A stretch of 22,844 bases of DNA, taken from assembly GCA_002269645.1 (NCBI GenBank), contig NIVC01005188.1:1-22844 (forward strand). The letters run 5' to 3'. The notes under the pieces are model-generated. The model was not told where the DNA came from. It searched no databases and saw nothing but the letters and a program-made list of their open reading frames with translations. This document shows positions 1 to 10,337 of the stretch, piece by piece (positions within the stretch are counted from its first letter, which is position 1; every line of letters begins with the position of its first letter). The position numbers and the translations under genes are program-made. The DNA comes from Macrostomum lignano. Lineage: Eukaryota.

Positions 1-67
1 ATGTTTTTGATGAAAATATGAAAATCACTCAATTAGACCAAAAATGATTCAAGCAGGGAGAGGGTTG

Positions 68-492
68 TTTCACAAAACCTAATTTTCACAACGTCGAAAA
101 TAAGCAATGCAGCAGACTTCACAACACCTAAATTTCGCAAGCCCTAAATTTCAAAACACCTTAAAGACATGCACAGAATTTCACAAGCCCTAAATTTCAC
201 AAGCCCTAAATTTCACAAGCCCTAAATTTCACAAGCCCTAAATTTTCACAAGCCCTAAATTTCACAACGCCTAAAAACACTATGGGGATACAATCTTTCT
301 TCTACAATCCTTCTGTATCTCCATAGAGCTTTTAGGCGTTGTGAAAATTTAGGGCTTGTGAAATTTATAGTTTATGCAGTCTGATGCAATTGTTTTGTTT
401 TTGACGTTGTGAAATTTAGAGCTTGTGAAATTTAAATCATATGAAATACTGTGCACAACTTTTCGACGTTGTGAAAATAAGGGTTTATGAAA
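68..492. mobile_element. Foldback/MITE-like inverted-repeat element built from 16-bp subrepeats
   Basis: Outer arms 68-100 and 460-492 are reverse complements (33 bp, about 3 mismatches). Inner arms about 239-292 and 314-367 form a near-perfect hairpin around a 21-nt loop. Subrepeats are in + orientation on the left and inverted on the right. No TSD identified. Confidence 0.75.
177..265 (+). repeat. 16-bp tandem repeat (AAATTTCACAAGCCCT)n, about 5 copies, inside the foldback element
   Basis: Directly visible tandem units; degenerate copies at 130-150 and inverted copies at 345-430. Confidence 0.9.
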
Positions 493-2973
493 TTTAGAGC
501 GACGTTGTGTCCCTGAATAGGCACTGGGGCAGTTGATTAAAGCCAAAGGCATGAACATCTTTGAGAAAAGTAAAAGAAATCCCGTTACTTAAAATCGACT
601 CAAATCATTGGATTTTATGCCAGCTTCCAGTCCAGATTTTCCGAGGTCCTTAGCTAGTCCCGTCGGCTGTCAGAGCGCGGCTCCCGACTGACTCCCTAGG
701 GAAGATTAATAGACACGCGATATTGCAGGTGATGGGGATTCGATCCCATCTCTTGCGCATCCTATAGGTCTCATCATGGGCGGATAGATATCTAGATAGC
801 TTTCGCAGTTCACTGTCCACGTTAATTTTACTATCCCACTTTTCATCGCAAAAATCCCCTATCCAGCGTCTCTGCGTCACCATCAGAGGAGTGAAAGGCG
901 AAGCCCTCAGCAAGCTAAAGATTTTACTGCTAAAGAGCGTCACGCAAAGCCTTAATAAGCAAAATAAATGCAGCTGAGAACTGGTAGCGTCCAGTCCTGC
1001 GATGAATATTTCATTTGAGCTTGTCAATTCAGCCAAGATTTATGGCAAGCAGCACCTTGCGCTTTGCTTAGCTGCTTATTAGCAAGCAACTCTATTGTAA
1101 TTCGGGTAAATTCACAGGTGCAAAATCTGTGAGCTGACATATGGGCACAATTACTGGTCGATTTTATTCAAAAGGTGATAATTAACCATAATAGCCGAAA
1201 GAATCGAGTTCGCAGACAGAAATAACCGTTAAGTTGGACTGTCCCGCAAATTGAGATTTGCAGGCGGGGACAATGAATTGTTATTGGTGTTACCCAGGTG
1301 AAAATTAGGTGCTAAAGCTCTCACAGATAGGATTTACTGACGGGAGATACGACGTAATCAGCTTTGCAGGAATTCCAGGAAATTCTAGCATTGACTGATG
1401 CTGACAGACTTAGTACAATGATAATTTAACAACAGGATTAAATTAAAATGAGTTTTGCATACATTAAATAGCTTTGCATCTATTGTTCAGTTCAGGAATC
1501 AAACTTATCCCACTTTCTCGCATGTAAATCTGGCCAATTGCACACTAAGAGCTCTTATCTCCACTTTAGTCCCTGCATTTTCCCATCACATCTTAACCGT
1601 GCACATGTAGGCCTCATCATGTCGGTTAGTAAAACTGCTCGACGCGCTCCCAAGACTGAATGAATAAGAATAGATGAATAGTCTGTTGTTGAACAGGGGT
1701 GTCATGGCTAGCATAGAAATCGCAAGGCAAAACAGAAGCGCTTACCCAGGGTAGGTTTTGGGGGGGTGCCTAGTGTAACATTTTTCAGGAGCAAACGTCA
1801 AGCAAAAATAAAGCAGTCATTATTGCGATCGTTACATTTATATCTTAAAACTTCGTGCTGCCTAATTCTCGCTTCCGATTTTATATTGTCTTTTTTGTAA
1901 GTCCCAATACAATGTCTGTTTTTTTAGAGTACCGCTGTCTCCGTTTGAGTGCCTACCTGTCGCTGTATTTAGAGTACCTCCTCTGTCTCTGTTTGAGTGC
2001 TTACTTTTCTTTTTTCTGTGAGACAATTTCTCTGTAAACTTTGACGGCGGTCTTTCAATAGATTTTGTTTCCTATAGATGAAAACTAAACTTCCAGTCCC
2101 AGTTGTCAGATCCATATATCAAATGAGGATAATGCAATACTTCAGCTTAGAAAAACAACAATAGTTCAGGAATGCTAGAAGAGAATGCAAGAACAACCCA
2201 CACAGAGGGCAGTGTTCCATTCGGTCAGCTATTTGTCATATTGAAACTTAAACACGGAATTTGAACTGCCAGGCGTTTGTAAGTTTTGTCTGCAACAAAA
2301 TTTTATCGGGGTGAGCCAGCATGGAGCTTGCATGAAACAAGGGGCGGGTTATTCTCCATCTGCAGTATGCCACTCTCTGATTGATGATAGATGAAGCTGG
2401 GCTCGCCTCCGGGAAAAGAATGCCGATTCCAGAAAGTTTACGATCGCCGATGCAAAGCTCGGCTGCTGCCTTCCGAACGTCAGGCCGGAATTCGCCGCGC
2501 AGGAGGCTCTTGTAGTGAGGAAGGGCCCGGGCTCTTATCTCGCGGTTTCCATCGCTGCGGTTATAGGAAGCTGATTCCTGCGCTGGGCTGGATTGGGGCT
2601 GCCGTTTTAAAACCGCAAACTGAAGAAATTGCCTGCTGGGCTGATCTGTTGGTCCAACAGTTCTACTTGAAGCTGTAACAGACAAAAGTATGTCTGTTAG
2701 CATACCGAACTATTTTAAACTATAAACTCGCTACTGATCACAGCAGCATACTGGACTAGGCGGAGCAATGGACTTAGACAGGATATGATTTTAGTTGAGC
2801 TGCTTCAACACTTATTTATGTCTCTAATCTTAACCCGTTTTTTGTAATCGCTCACCTCCACTGCATGATTTCCTCTTTCTACTCTACTTTTTTATTTTTA
2901 ACCATGCAAGAGTGCAGCTCTGCACCACCTTCATTTATTTCCCCCTTTCCTATAAATCTCACCCTAACATGCG

Positions 2974-4440
2974 ACCCTCTCCATCACAACCCTCTCCATC
3001 ACAACTCTCTCCATCACAACCCTCTCCATCACAACCTTCTCCATCACAACCTTCTCCATCACAACTCTCTCCATCACAACCCTCTCCATCATAAACCTCT
3101 CCATCATAACCCTCTCCATCACAACCCTCTCCATCACAACCCTCTCCATCACAACCCTCTCCATCACAACCCTCTCCATCACAACCCTCTCCATCACAAC
3201 TCTCTCCATCACAACCCTCTCCATCACAACCTTCTCCATCACAACCTTCTCCACAACAACCCTCTCCATCACAACCCTCTCCATCACAACCCTCTCCATC
3301 ACAACTCTCTCCATCACAACCCTCTCCATCACAACCCTCTCCATCACAACCCTCTCCATCACAACCCTCTCCATCACAACTCTCTCCATCACAACCCTCT
3401 CCATTACAACCCTCTCCATCACAACTCTCTCCATCACAACTCTCTCCATCACAACCCTCTCCATCACAACCCTCTCCATCACAACCCTCTCCATCACAAC
3501 CCTCTCCATCACAACCCTCTCCATCACAACCCTCTCCATCACAACCCTCTCCATCACAACCCTCTCCATCACAACCCTCTCCATTACAACCCTCTCCATC
3601 ACAACTCTCTCCATCACAACCCTCTCCATCACAACCTTCTCCATCACAACCCTCTCCATCACAACCTTCTCCACAACAACCCTCTCCATCACAACCCTCT
3701 CCATCACAACCCTCTCCATCACAATCCTCTCCATCACAACCCTCTCCATCACAACCCTCTCCATCACAACCCTCTCCATCACAACCCTCTCCATCACAAC
3801 CCTCTCCATCACAACCCTCTCCATCACAACCTTCTCCATCACAACCTTCTCCACAACAACCCTCTCCATCACGACCCTCTCCATCACAACCCTCTCCATC
3901 ACAACCCTCTCCATCGCAACCCTCTCCATCACAACCTTCACCACAACAACCCTCTCCATCACAACCCTCTCCATCACAACCCTCTCCATCACAACCCTCT
4001 CCATCACAACCCTCTCCATCGCAACCCTCTCCATCACAACCTTCTCCACAACAACCCTCTCCATCACAACCCTCTCCATCACAACACTCTCCATCACAAC
4101 CCTCTCCATCACAACCTTCTCCATCACAACCCTCTCCATCACAACCTTCTCCATCACAACCTTCTCCACAACAACCCTCTCCATCACAACCCTCTCCATC
4201 ACAACCCTCTCCATCACAACCCTCTCCATCACAACCCTCTCCATCACAACCCTCTCCATCACAACCCTCTCCATCACAACCTTCTCCATCACAACCTTCT
4301 CCACAACAACCCTCTCCATCACAACCCTCTCCATCACAACCCTCTCCATCACAACCCTCTCCATCACAACACTCTCCATCACAACCCTCTCCACAACAAC
4401 CCTCTCCACAATAACCCTCTCTATCACAAACCTCCACAAC
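2974..4440. repeat. 15-bp minisatellite (CCCTCTCCATCACAA)n, about 97 copies
   Basis: Uninterrupted 15-bp period with point variants (ACTCTC, CCTTCT, CACAACAAC). It explains the HNPLH, VVMER and CDGEG repeat ORFs. Confidence 0.98.
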
Positions 4441-6404
4441 AGCCCTATGTGCCATCTTTACTTTTCTCCCTCTAAGCAGCATATGTTTTCCTATTTTCGT
4501 TTCTAAAGAAATTTGTTTTACCTTTACCTTACCTTAGCTTTATTCTATCTGTACCGCTTCCTAGATTTCATTTTAGAGGCCACAGGAAACCTAAATGCTG
4601 TGCTCCCGTCCAGAAATACCCTCGCAATCTCAAGGATAGTCTTGTGGCAAACGGGAACTCGAGAACAATATTTGAGTGAGTAAATGAATAATTAATTGTC
4701 TAATCGATACTGTGGAAGCGAAAATAGTCCCTATAGATTGTCAGCAATATTTAATAAGCTGATCTATCATTTCACTTTGCCAGAATTTAGCACAACGATG
4801 GTGAAATTAATTAAGTAAAGAGTCAGAATTTCTCACACAGTCTCATGAGAAATCACGGTCGGTATGCAACTTTAAAGCGAGTCTCTGGTTGGTGAGCGCG
4901 GCGGCTCATGGGGGCTACAGCTGATACGAGCAAGAGCTGGTCGATTGAGCCACGAGCCACACCCAAAAGATGCTCCAGGATCAGAGCCAGACAGGGTGGC
5001 CAGTAGAGGAGGGTGATCGAATTGTCGATCTGGTTCAAATTTCGCTTTGTAGATCTGAGCTCGAGAAAGCCAAATGAGCAGCTCGGTACCAACTTTAATA
5101 CCGTTCGTTTACTTGCGTCTGAAGGCAAGAAAAGCTATCTTTTTGTCAGATAGCAGTTGCTTTTTTTTAACTTCTAATGCCGATAAAACTTTTATCAAAA
5201 CACAACACAGGCAAAAATTTGCATACGATTCCGGCATGCAGGAGCAGAATATGATAGAAAAAGACAAGCTCGTTCACTTGTACGTACATGTAGGGACCCA
5301 CAAAGAGAAACTACAGATCGCAAAGCTGCTTGATTTCCGATGCATTTGTTCAACTTTTGATCAAAGGGCTTGTGCTCTTTTGACAATTACTGTTTGATCA
5401 GGTCAGGCGTATTCCTGCACAAGGAATTTGGATAGATAGGGTATACAGAGCATTGGACGAATGAAGTTACATTTCTTGAGCACGGAACCGATTACCTCAT
5501 TAGTAGCTGCTGCTAATGCTATAGTTATGGCTTTAATAACTTTCTTTTTGTTCCCAGTTTGCAAGGGTTGTAAAAGTAGGAGACAAATGGAACGCCTTTT
5601 AGATGCGTTGGCTACTGTCCAAGACGCGCATGCGGGACTTCTTTGGACAGCTTTAATCGGGGTCGTAGGAGACACATTACGAGCGTTTGCATCTTGTTGT
5701 TATAAACGCATTTTAAGAATTCGCAATGAGGCCACGGGGACAGCAGCTCTATTTAACCTGCGCTATGAACGAAGAATCCGGGACACGCAATGATCGTGTT
5801 GACGCGATAAACCTGCACCCGCGCCCTCGCAATGATAAGCCAGCACAGTGATCCTAATCGAACAGGACAAGCTGTCTAAAACTCGAGCTAAACACAGGGC
5901 TCCCAGAAAGGAGTAAGGAAGTGGCCGGCATTGGCATGACTAATAAGCTTAGCCTCTGTATGTCTTAGTCCTCACTTGATGTCATATTATTTATACAGAC
6001 TACATAAGCCTGCTGACCTCAAAGCCGTGCAGAAAAAGCCAGGCATTACAACACAATAATCTGCTCCTTGTCTGATTTTATTTAGTAAACCATCAACTTG
6101 TCGGCACGAACCTAAGAGCGTCTGTATAAACAAAACAAATCATTCAGTACCACTTGCAGTTTGACGGCAAGCCAAGTTATTAACCCACTTCAGCTGGATA
6201 CAGTCTGACTTGATGAAGATTGTCAGCCAGGCTACTCTAATATTTCATTCCAACTACCCAAGCACTCGACCTCCCTGACATATCGATAATCTTGGCATAC
6301 AGTAAACTGGGAGAACCTCACTTTCTTGAAAAGACTTAGGTTCAAATGTTACCAGCTGTTGTTGACGCCCCCTAAGTTTCCAATTCTAAACCTGATTGAT
6401 CACT

Positions 6405-6560
6405 GGGGGGAGGCAAAGTTGCTCAGCGGTTAGAGCGCCTGAATTTCGCCCCAAAACACCACACTTTGTGGCTTCTTGCACGAAAATTGGCCTGGGGGCT
6501 TGTTGTGCAATTCCTGCACACGAGGGCCAACCACCGGGGCACAGTATGTCGGGGTCGCTG
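6405..6560 (+). mobile_element. Possible degenerate tRNA-derived SINE head
   Basis: GTTGCTCAGCGGTTAGAGCGC at 6418-6438 resembles a tRNA D-arm/Pol III A-box. A weak B-box-like GTGCAATTCC lies near 6504. No full cloverleaf can be folded. Confidence 0.35.
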
Positions 6561-6565
6561 TACTT

Positions 6566-6610
6566 TAGGGGTCGGCAAATTCCGGCCGGCGGGCCACATG
6601 CGGCCCGAGA
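6566..6610 (+). mobile_element. Terminal sequence of a hAT (Charlie-like) DNA transposon, solitary end
   Basis: TAGGGGTCGGCAAATTCCGGCCGGCGGGCCACATGCGGCCC closely follows the recalled hAT-Charlie terminus CAGGGGTCGGCAAAC..CGGCCCGCGGGCCA.AT.CGGCCC. No matching other end with a TSD was found. Confidence 0.6.
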
Positions 6611-6724
6611 AGCTTCTCTATCCAGCTTTCGGGGCCTTTGAAACTTCACAATAGCCGCCCTGCTCAAGGTTTGGGTCACTTTACAGCTCTCTTCTCTCTA
6701 TTCTCCTTTCCCTTATATTTTCTT

Positions 6725-7020
6725 TCCTCTCTCCTCCGTCTCCTCTACTCTCCACTCCTCTCCTCTCCTCTCTTCTCCTCTTCACTCCTCTCCTCTCCTC
6801 TCCTCTCCTCTCCTCTCTCCTCCTCTACTCTACTCTCCTCTCCTCTCCTCTTCTCTCCTCTCCTCTCCTCTCCCTCCTCTCCTCTCCTCTCCTCTCCTCT
6901 CCTCTCCTCTCCTCTCCTCTCCTCTTCACTCCTCTCCTCTCCTCTCCTCTCCTCTCCTCTCCTCTCCTCTCCTCTCCTCTCCTCTCCTCTCCTCTCCTCT
7001 CATCTCTCATCTCTCCTCTC
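6725..7020. repeat. (CTCTC/CTCCT)n pentanucleotide microsatellite, near-pure polypyrimidine tract
   Basis: About 300 bp of CTCCT units; it generates the spurious SSPLL and EERRG ORFs. Confidence 0.97.
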
Positions 7021-9163
7021 CTATTTGATCTCTCTTCTGCGGAATGGAATGGGCATAACTGCCTGACTTCTCTCAAGCTGCGGGCCGACTGTCGCCTTGA
7101 CACCCTCGATCCCAGCTAATAACTAACTAAAAATGAGCCTACGAGTTATAGCAATGTTTACTAAATGATCCACAATCAGAAATAAAACCGATTGCGATTG
7201 ACAACTATGTCAGAAATCAGTGCCCATAGTGACACTGATTCGAGGTCATTCTACGGAAGATAGTAGCCACGCAACTCTATAAGCAGCTGCACTTTTCAAT
7301 CCAATGCCAGATCGCTGCTCAATATGCGACTTCAGTAGCGCATTCGGGGTCAATCGGGGTCAGAATGAGAAAGCAATACATTTGCATAGCATAATGAATG
7401 AATTAACGAGAAAATTCTCGGTAAAACATAAGCATTGCAACTTGTTGCAGATTTCTATATGTAATGCACAGATTATTTTTAGCAGGAATTTCGTGCCCCC
7501 ACTTCTTGTGCCGAAAAAATCCTGCCGATTCTCTGCATTCTTTCTAGGGTCAACCGACAACCTCTGCTTGGAAAAGGAGATTAAATAAAAAACAACGAAA
7601 AAAGTGAACAGAGCTATTTCCGAACACTTTCGGTGTGACTTGAAACAGTACAGAAGTCCAATAGCGGTGCAAGGAAGGGGGTATAGACAAACTGAGAGAA
7701 ACGGCTATGGTACAATCGTATGCGCTGCTCCTTACGGAAGGAGTTCAACCAATTTTATTAGCAAGCCATTGAAACCAGCGAAGTACGCGACGCTCAGCTA
7801 TTCTCAACAACCATAGCTACGTACAGTCCGTAAGTAAACTGGTTAATCTTGGGCATGTATATGTACCAGGCAAAATTTGATATTACAACAGCTGCATTAG
7901 CTTGAAACATGTTGCTCGGTTTTGCAAAAACAGAGGATTAGGGATTAACAGGACAGACATGATGTGCTGTGTGAAAATATTCTTTTTTTCGCGGGGATAC
8001 TGCTGGAACATAAAACGGATTTCTAAAATTACTAATAAACAAATTTCGGTGCCTCATCACCTAATAGCTACGACAGCTTTGGTTTTATACAGTCCGTAGA
8101 AGAGCTACTCATGCCGACTCTGAACAGCCTGCGTGCACGGCGGGGAGAGAAGGATTTATAACAGAGATTTTGTCTAATAATGCAGATAACTATTCAACAG
8201 GAAATGTACAGTGAGGTCCGATAATGATTTTGCGAAGTAAAAAAATATCGAAAATGAGAAGTGGAAAGAGGTAAGTAGGAGAGGGTAGAAGGTGAGATTT
8301 AGAGCGATAATGGAGACTGAGAAGGGTGAGGAGAGTTGGGTTGGGAGTGATAGAGGGGCGGAGAGCACAGAGGGAGAGACGCAGTAATTTCTGGCTAAAG
8401 CAGGTTTTGACAAAGGAAGGCAAAGGAGCAGCAATTCCAAGAATTGTTAGAAAATGACTGTCAAAAAATAAATTAACGTACGAAGTTAGATACGATTGCA
8501 AAAAACAAAACAAAATATGAAGAACAGATGAAGGTAAGTCAGAGACGCGCTAGGGAACAATGCACTTGCAGGAAAAGGGGATGCACGAACAAGATGACTC
8601 GGCTCAAAGGGCAATGCAGGTTTTTAAAAAGAATTTACAGACGTCCTTCAAACTTCGAAGAGTTTTCGTGTGTAGGAAACACAACAATACTAGGACTTAA
8701 CTAATTCAAATGAGTAACAAGCAAACTTTAGTGCAAGTGTTCTTGTAGGTTCGGGTCGTGCAGGGGTAAAAGTTGGTTGTATTACTTTTGACCCTATTCC
8801 TAGTAGGTAGAGGTAAATTTCTAGAATTTTAGGCAAGGGACATTTATAATGGTTGACTGTGTAATACTTAGACAGATGTACGAGTATAATGAACTAAAAT
8901 GACTTGGTTAGTTACTGATAATCGAAATTATCCGAACTACTCCCATAACATTCTCTATCTAGAACTTCGGCTCTAAGACTCTCCAGCTAGCACACTCGAG
9001 GTACAAAGCACTAAGCAGATCTGGCAGCAATAATTTTACATGCAGAGTCTAGGCAATACAGATGGAGAGACTGCAGTCTGTAGCGCACAATGACAAGAAA
9101 AGAGCGCAAAAAGTTCGAGCTGGACTCTAGTTCTGTTCCCAAACCCCCAATGGGAGCTCAAAT

Positions 9164-10284
9164 TCAGGAGCACATGCAGGCGCACCGATCAGTGACGTAG
9201 TAGTTAATCTGCCGCCAGTAGCAGAAATAGTCGCCAACAGTTTTGGACAGGCGCATAATCAGCCTGCGGCGTCGCCTCTCCCGCAGGCCCTCGCGTCGGC
9301 GTGACTTCCGCGCCTGCCAGCCTTCAGGCAGGCGACGAGAGCCCGCCGAGGCGGATCCGCGTCTCGACGACGAGGCAGCTGAACCGGCCCCAGTGGCCGC
9401 CGCTGCTCGTCCATCTCGGCGCGGTCGTCGTTGGCGCCTCTTTCCTCGTCGACGCTGGCGTCGACGCCGGCGCTCTTCCCGGCTGACGCCGCGGTGAGCA
9501 GATCGACGCCTTGAGCCGCGCCTTGGATCCTGGGCGTCGTCCATCGAGGCCTTGTCGTTGCAGACCCAGCGCAGGACTTTCAGCTCCTTCTGGCCGCTCT
9601 TGCGACACTTCATTCCGGGTGGCCAGCTGCAGCTGCTCAGCGAACTGCAGACACCGCGGCGGATCCAACGCGGCCAAAACAGCGCGCCCAGGTCCTCCCA
9701 GAGGTACTCAACCGGACAGGCGGCTTGCTTCATTAGCCAGGACTTGAACAGGCGCACAGTCTTGTCGTCGAATGTGACAATTTGGCCAAGCTCGTCTCTC
9801 ATCGTTCGCAGGTGAATTCTCTCTAGGTGAGCCAGGAGTTTTGAATCTGGCGCCGACTGCGGCGGCTGCAGATGCTCCTGGGAAGACACAGTCGATGACG
9901 CGGTGTCATTGCCCACCGCAGCGGCGTCGGCCTGACGCGGCCGATCGATAGACACCCAGTTCGGATCGAGCTTGCCGTCCAGCACTTTGCGCAGCTTCCT
10001 CGGCTTCATCTGGTTTATCTGCGGCTCCATGTTCACCGCAGCACCGCTCACTTTTTTACCCATGACGGTGACGTCGATTTGCGCGAACTCCGCACCCCCT
10101 GCGGGGGCCAGGATTTGTCCACGGGCTCGTCTTTCTTGTCGTACAGCGTGCTCAGGCGGACTGAAGCTTTTCCACTGTAGTCAGGGTTCTGCAGCTGCGC
10201 CGAAACTGGCTGATGCGGGACAACAACAGCCGCCACTAGGAGCAGAAGAAGCAACATAGAAGAGCATCCTGACACTGCGGCCAT
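9164..10284 (-). CDS. nlg: Noggin-like secreted BMP modulator, about 373 aa if the one-base frame break near 10050-10110 is repaired
   Basis: ORF 9164-10063 contains LRKVLDGKLDPNW, CPVEYLWEDLGALFWPRWIRRGVC, SCSWPPGMKC, LKVLRWVC and CYWRQINYYVTDRCACMCS, i.e. the nine-Cys Noggin pattern. An upstream overlapping frame from ATG 10284 (GCCATGG) encodes a signal peptide (MAAVSGCSSMLLLLLLVAAVVVPHQPVSA|Q). A long insertion between Cys5 and Cys6 is the known hallmark of the noggin-like class. Confidence 0.92.
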
Positions 10285-10292
10285 GGCGAAGC

Positions 10293-10337
10293 CTAGCAAA
10301 GCAACAGATGAGCTGGCGAGTATCGAATGAGAACCAT
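10293..10337 (-). promoter_or_regulatory. Short upstream ORF (MVLIRYSPAHLLLC*) ending 8 nt before the noggin-like ATG
   Basis: ATG at 10337 and TAG at 10295-10293 on the minus strand. It is functional only if this region is in the mRNA. Confidence 0.3.

Noticed and set aside
139-360. CCCTAAA/TTTAGGG as plant-type interstitial telomere repeats
   Set aside because: The heptamer is only part of a 16-bp subrepeat and is never tandem.
650-2703. ORFs at 650-1036, 2248-2703 and 2391-2678 as exons or transposase remnants
   Set aside because: No recognisable motif in any frame that I translated and no convincing splice-site pairs.
2865-4482. 500-aa ORFs (HNPLH, CDGEG, VVMER repeats) as real genes
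   Set aside because: They are explained entirely by a stop-free 15-bp unit. They are open on both strands and have no signal peptide or unique domain.
5461-5793. 110-aa ORF with faint RTE C-terminal-like words (MERLLDA, AHAGLL, FASCCYKRIL, RRIR..GH)
   Set aside because: The motif order and spacing are inconsistent and there is no RT core nearby. It could be a very old LINE relic, but this needs a profile search to support.
6405-6520. Intact tRNA gene
   Set aside because: Only a D-arm/A-box-like segment is present; there is no acceptor stem, anticodon arm or canonical TTCG T-loop.
6638-7103. SSPLL and EERRG repeat ORFs
   Set aside because: They are translations of the CT microsatellite.
9243-10259. 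Overlapping ORFs on both strands within noggin-like
   Set aside because: These are shadow ORFs of a GC-rich CDS with no recognisable motifs.
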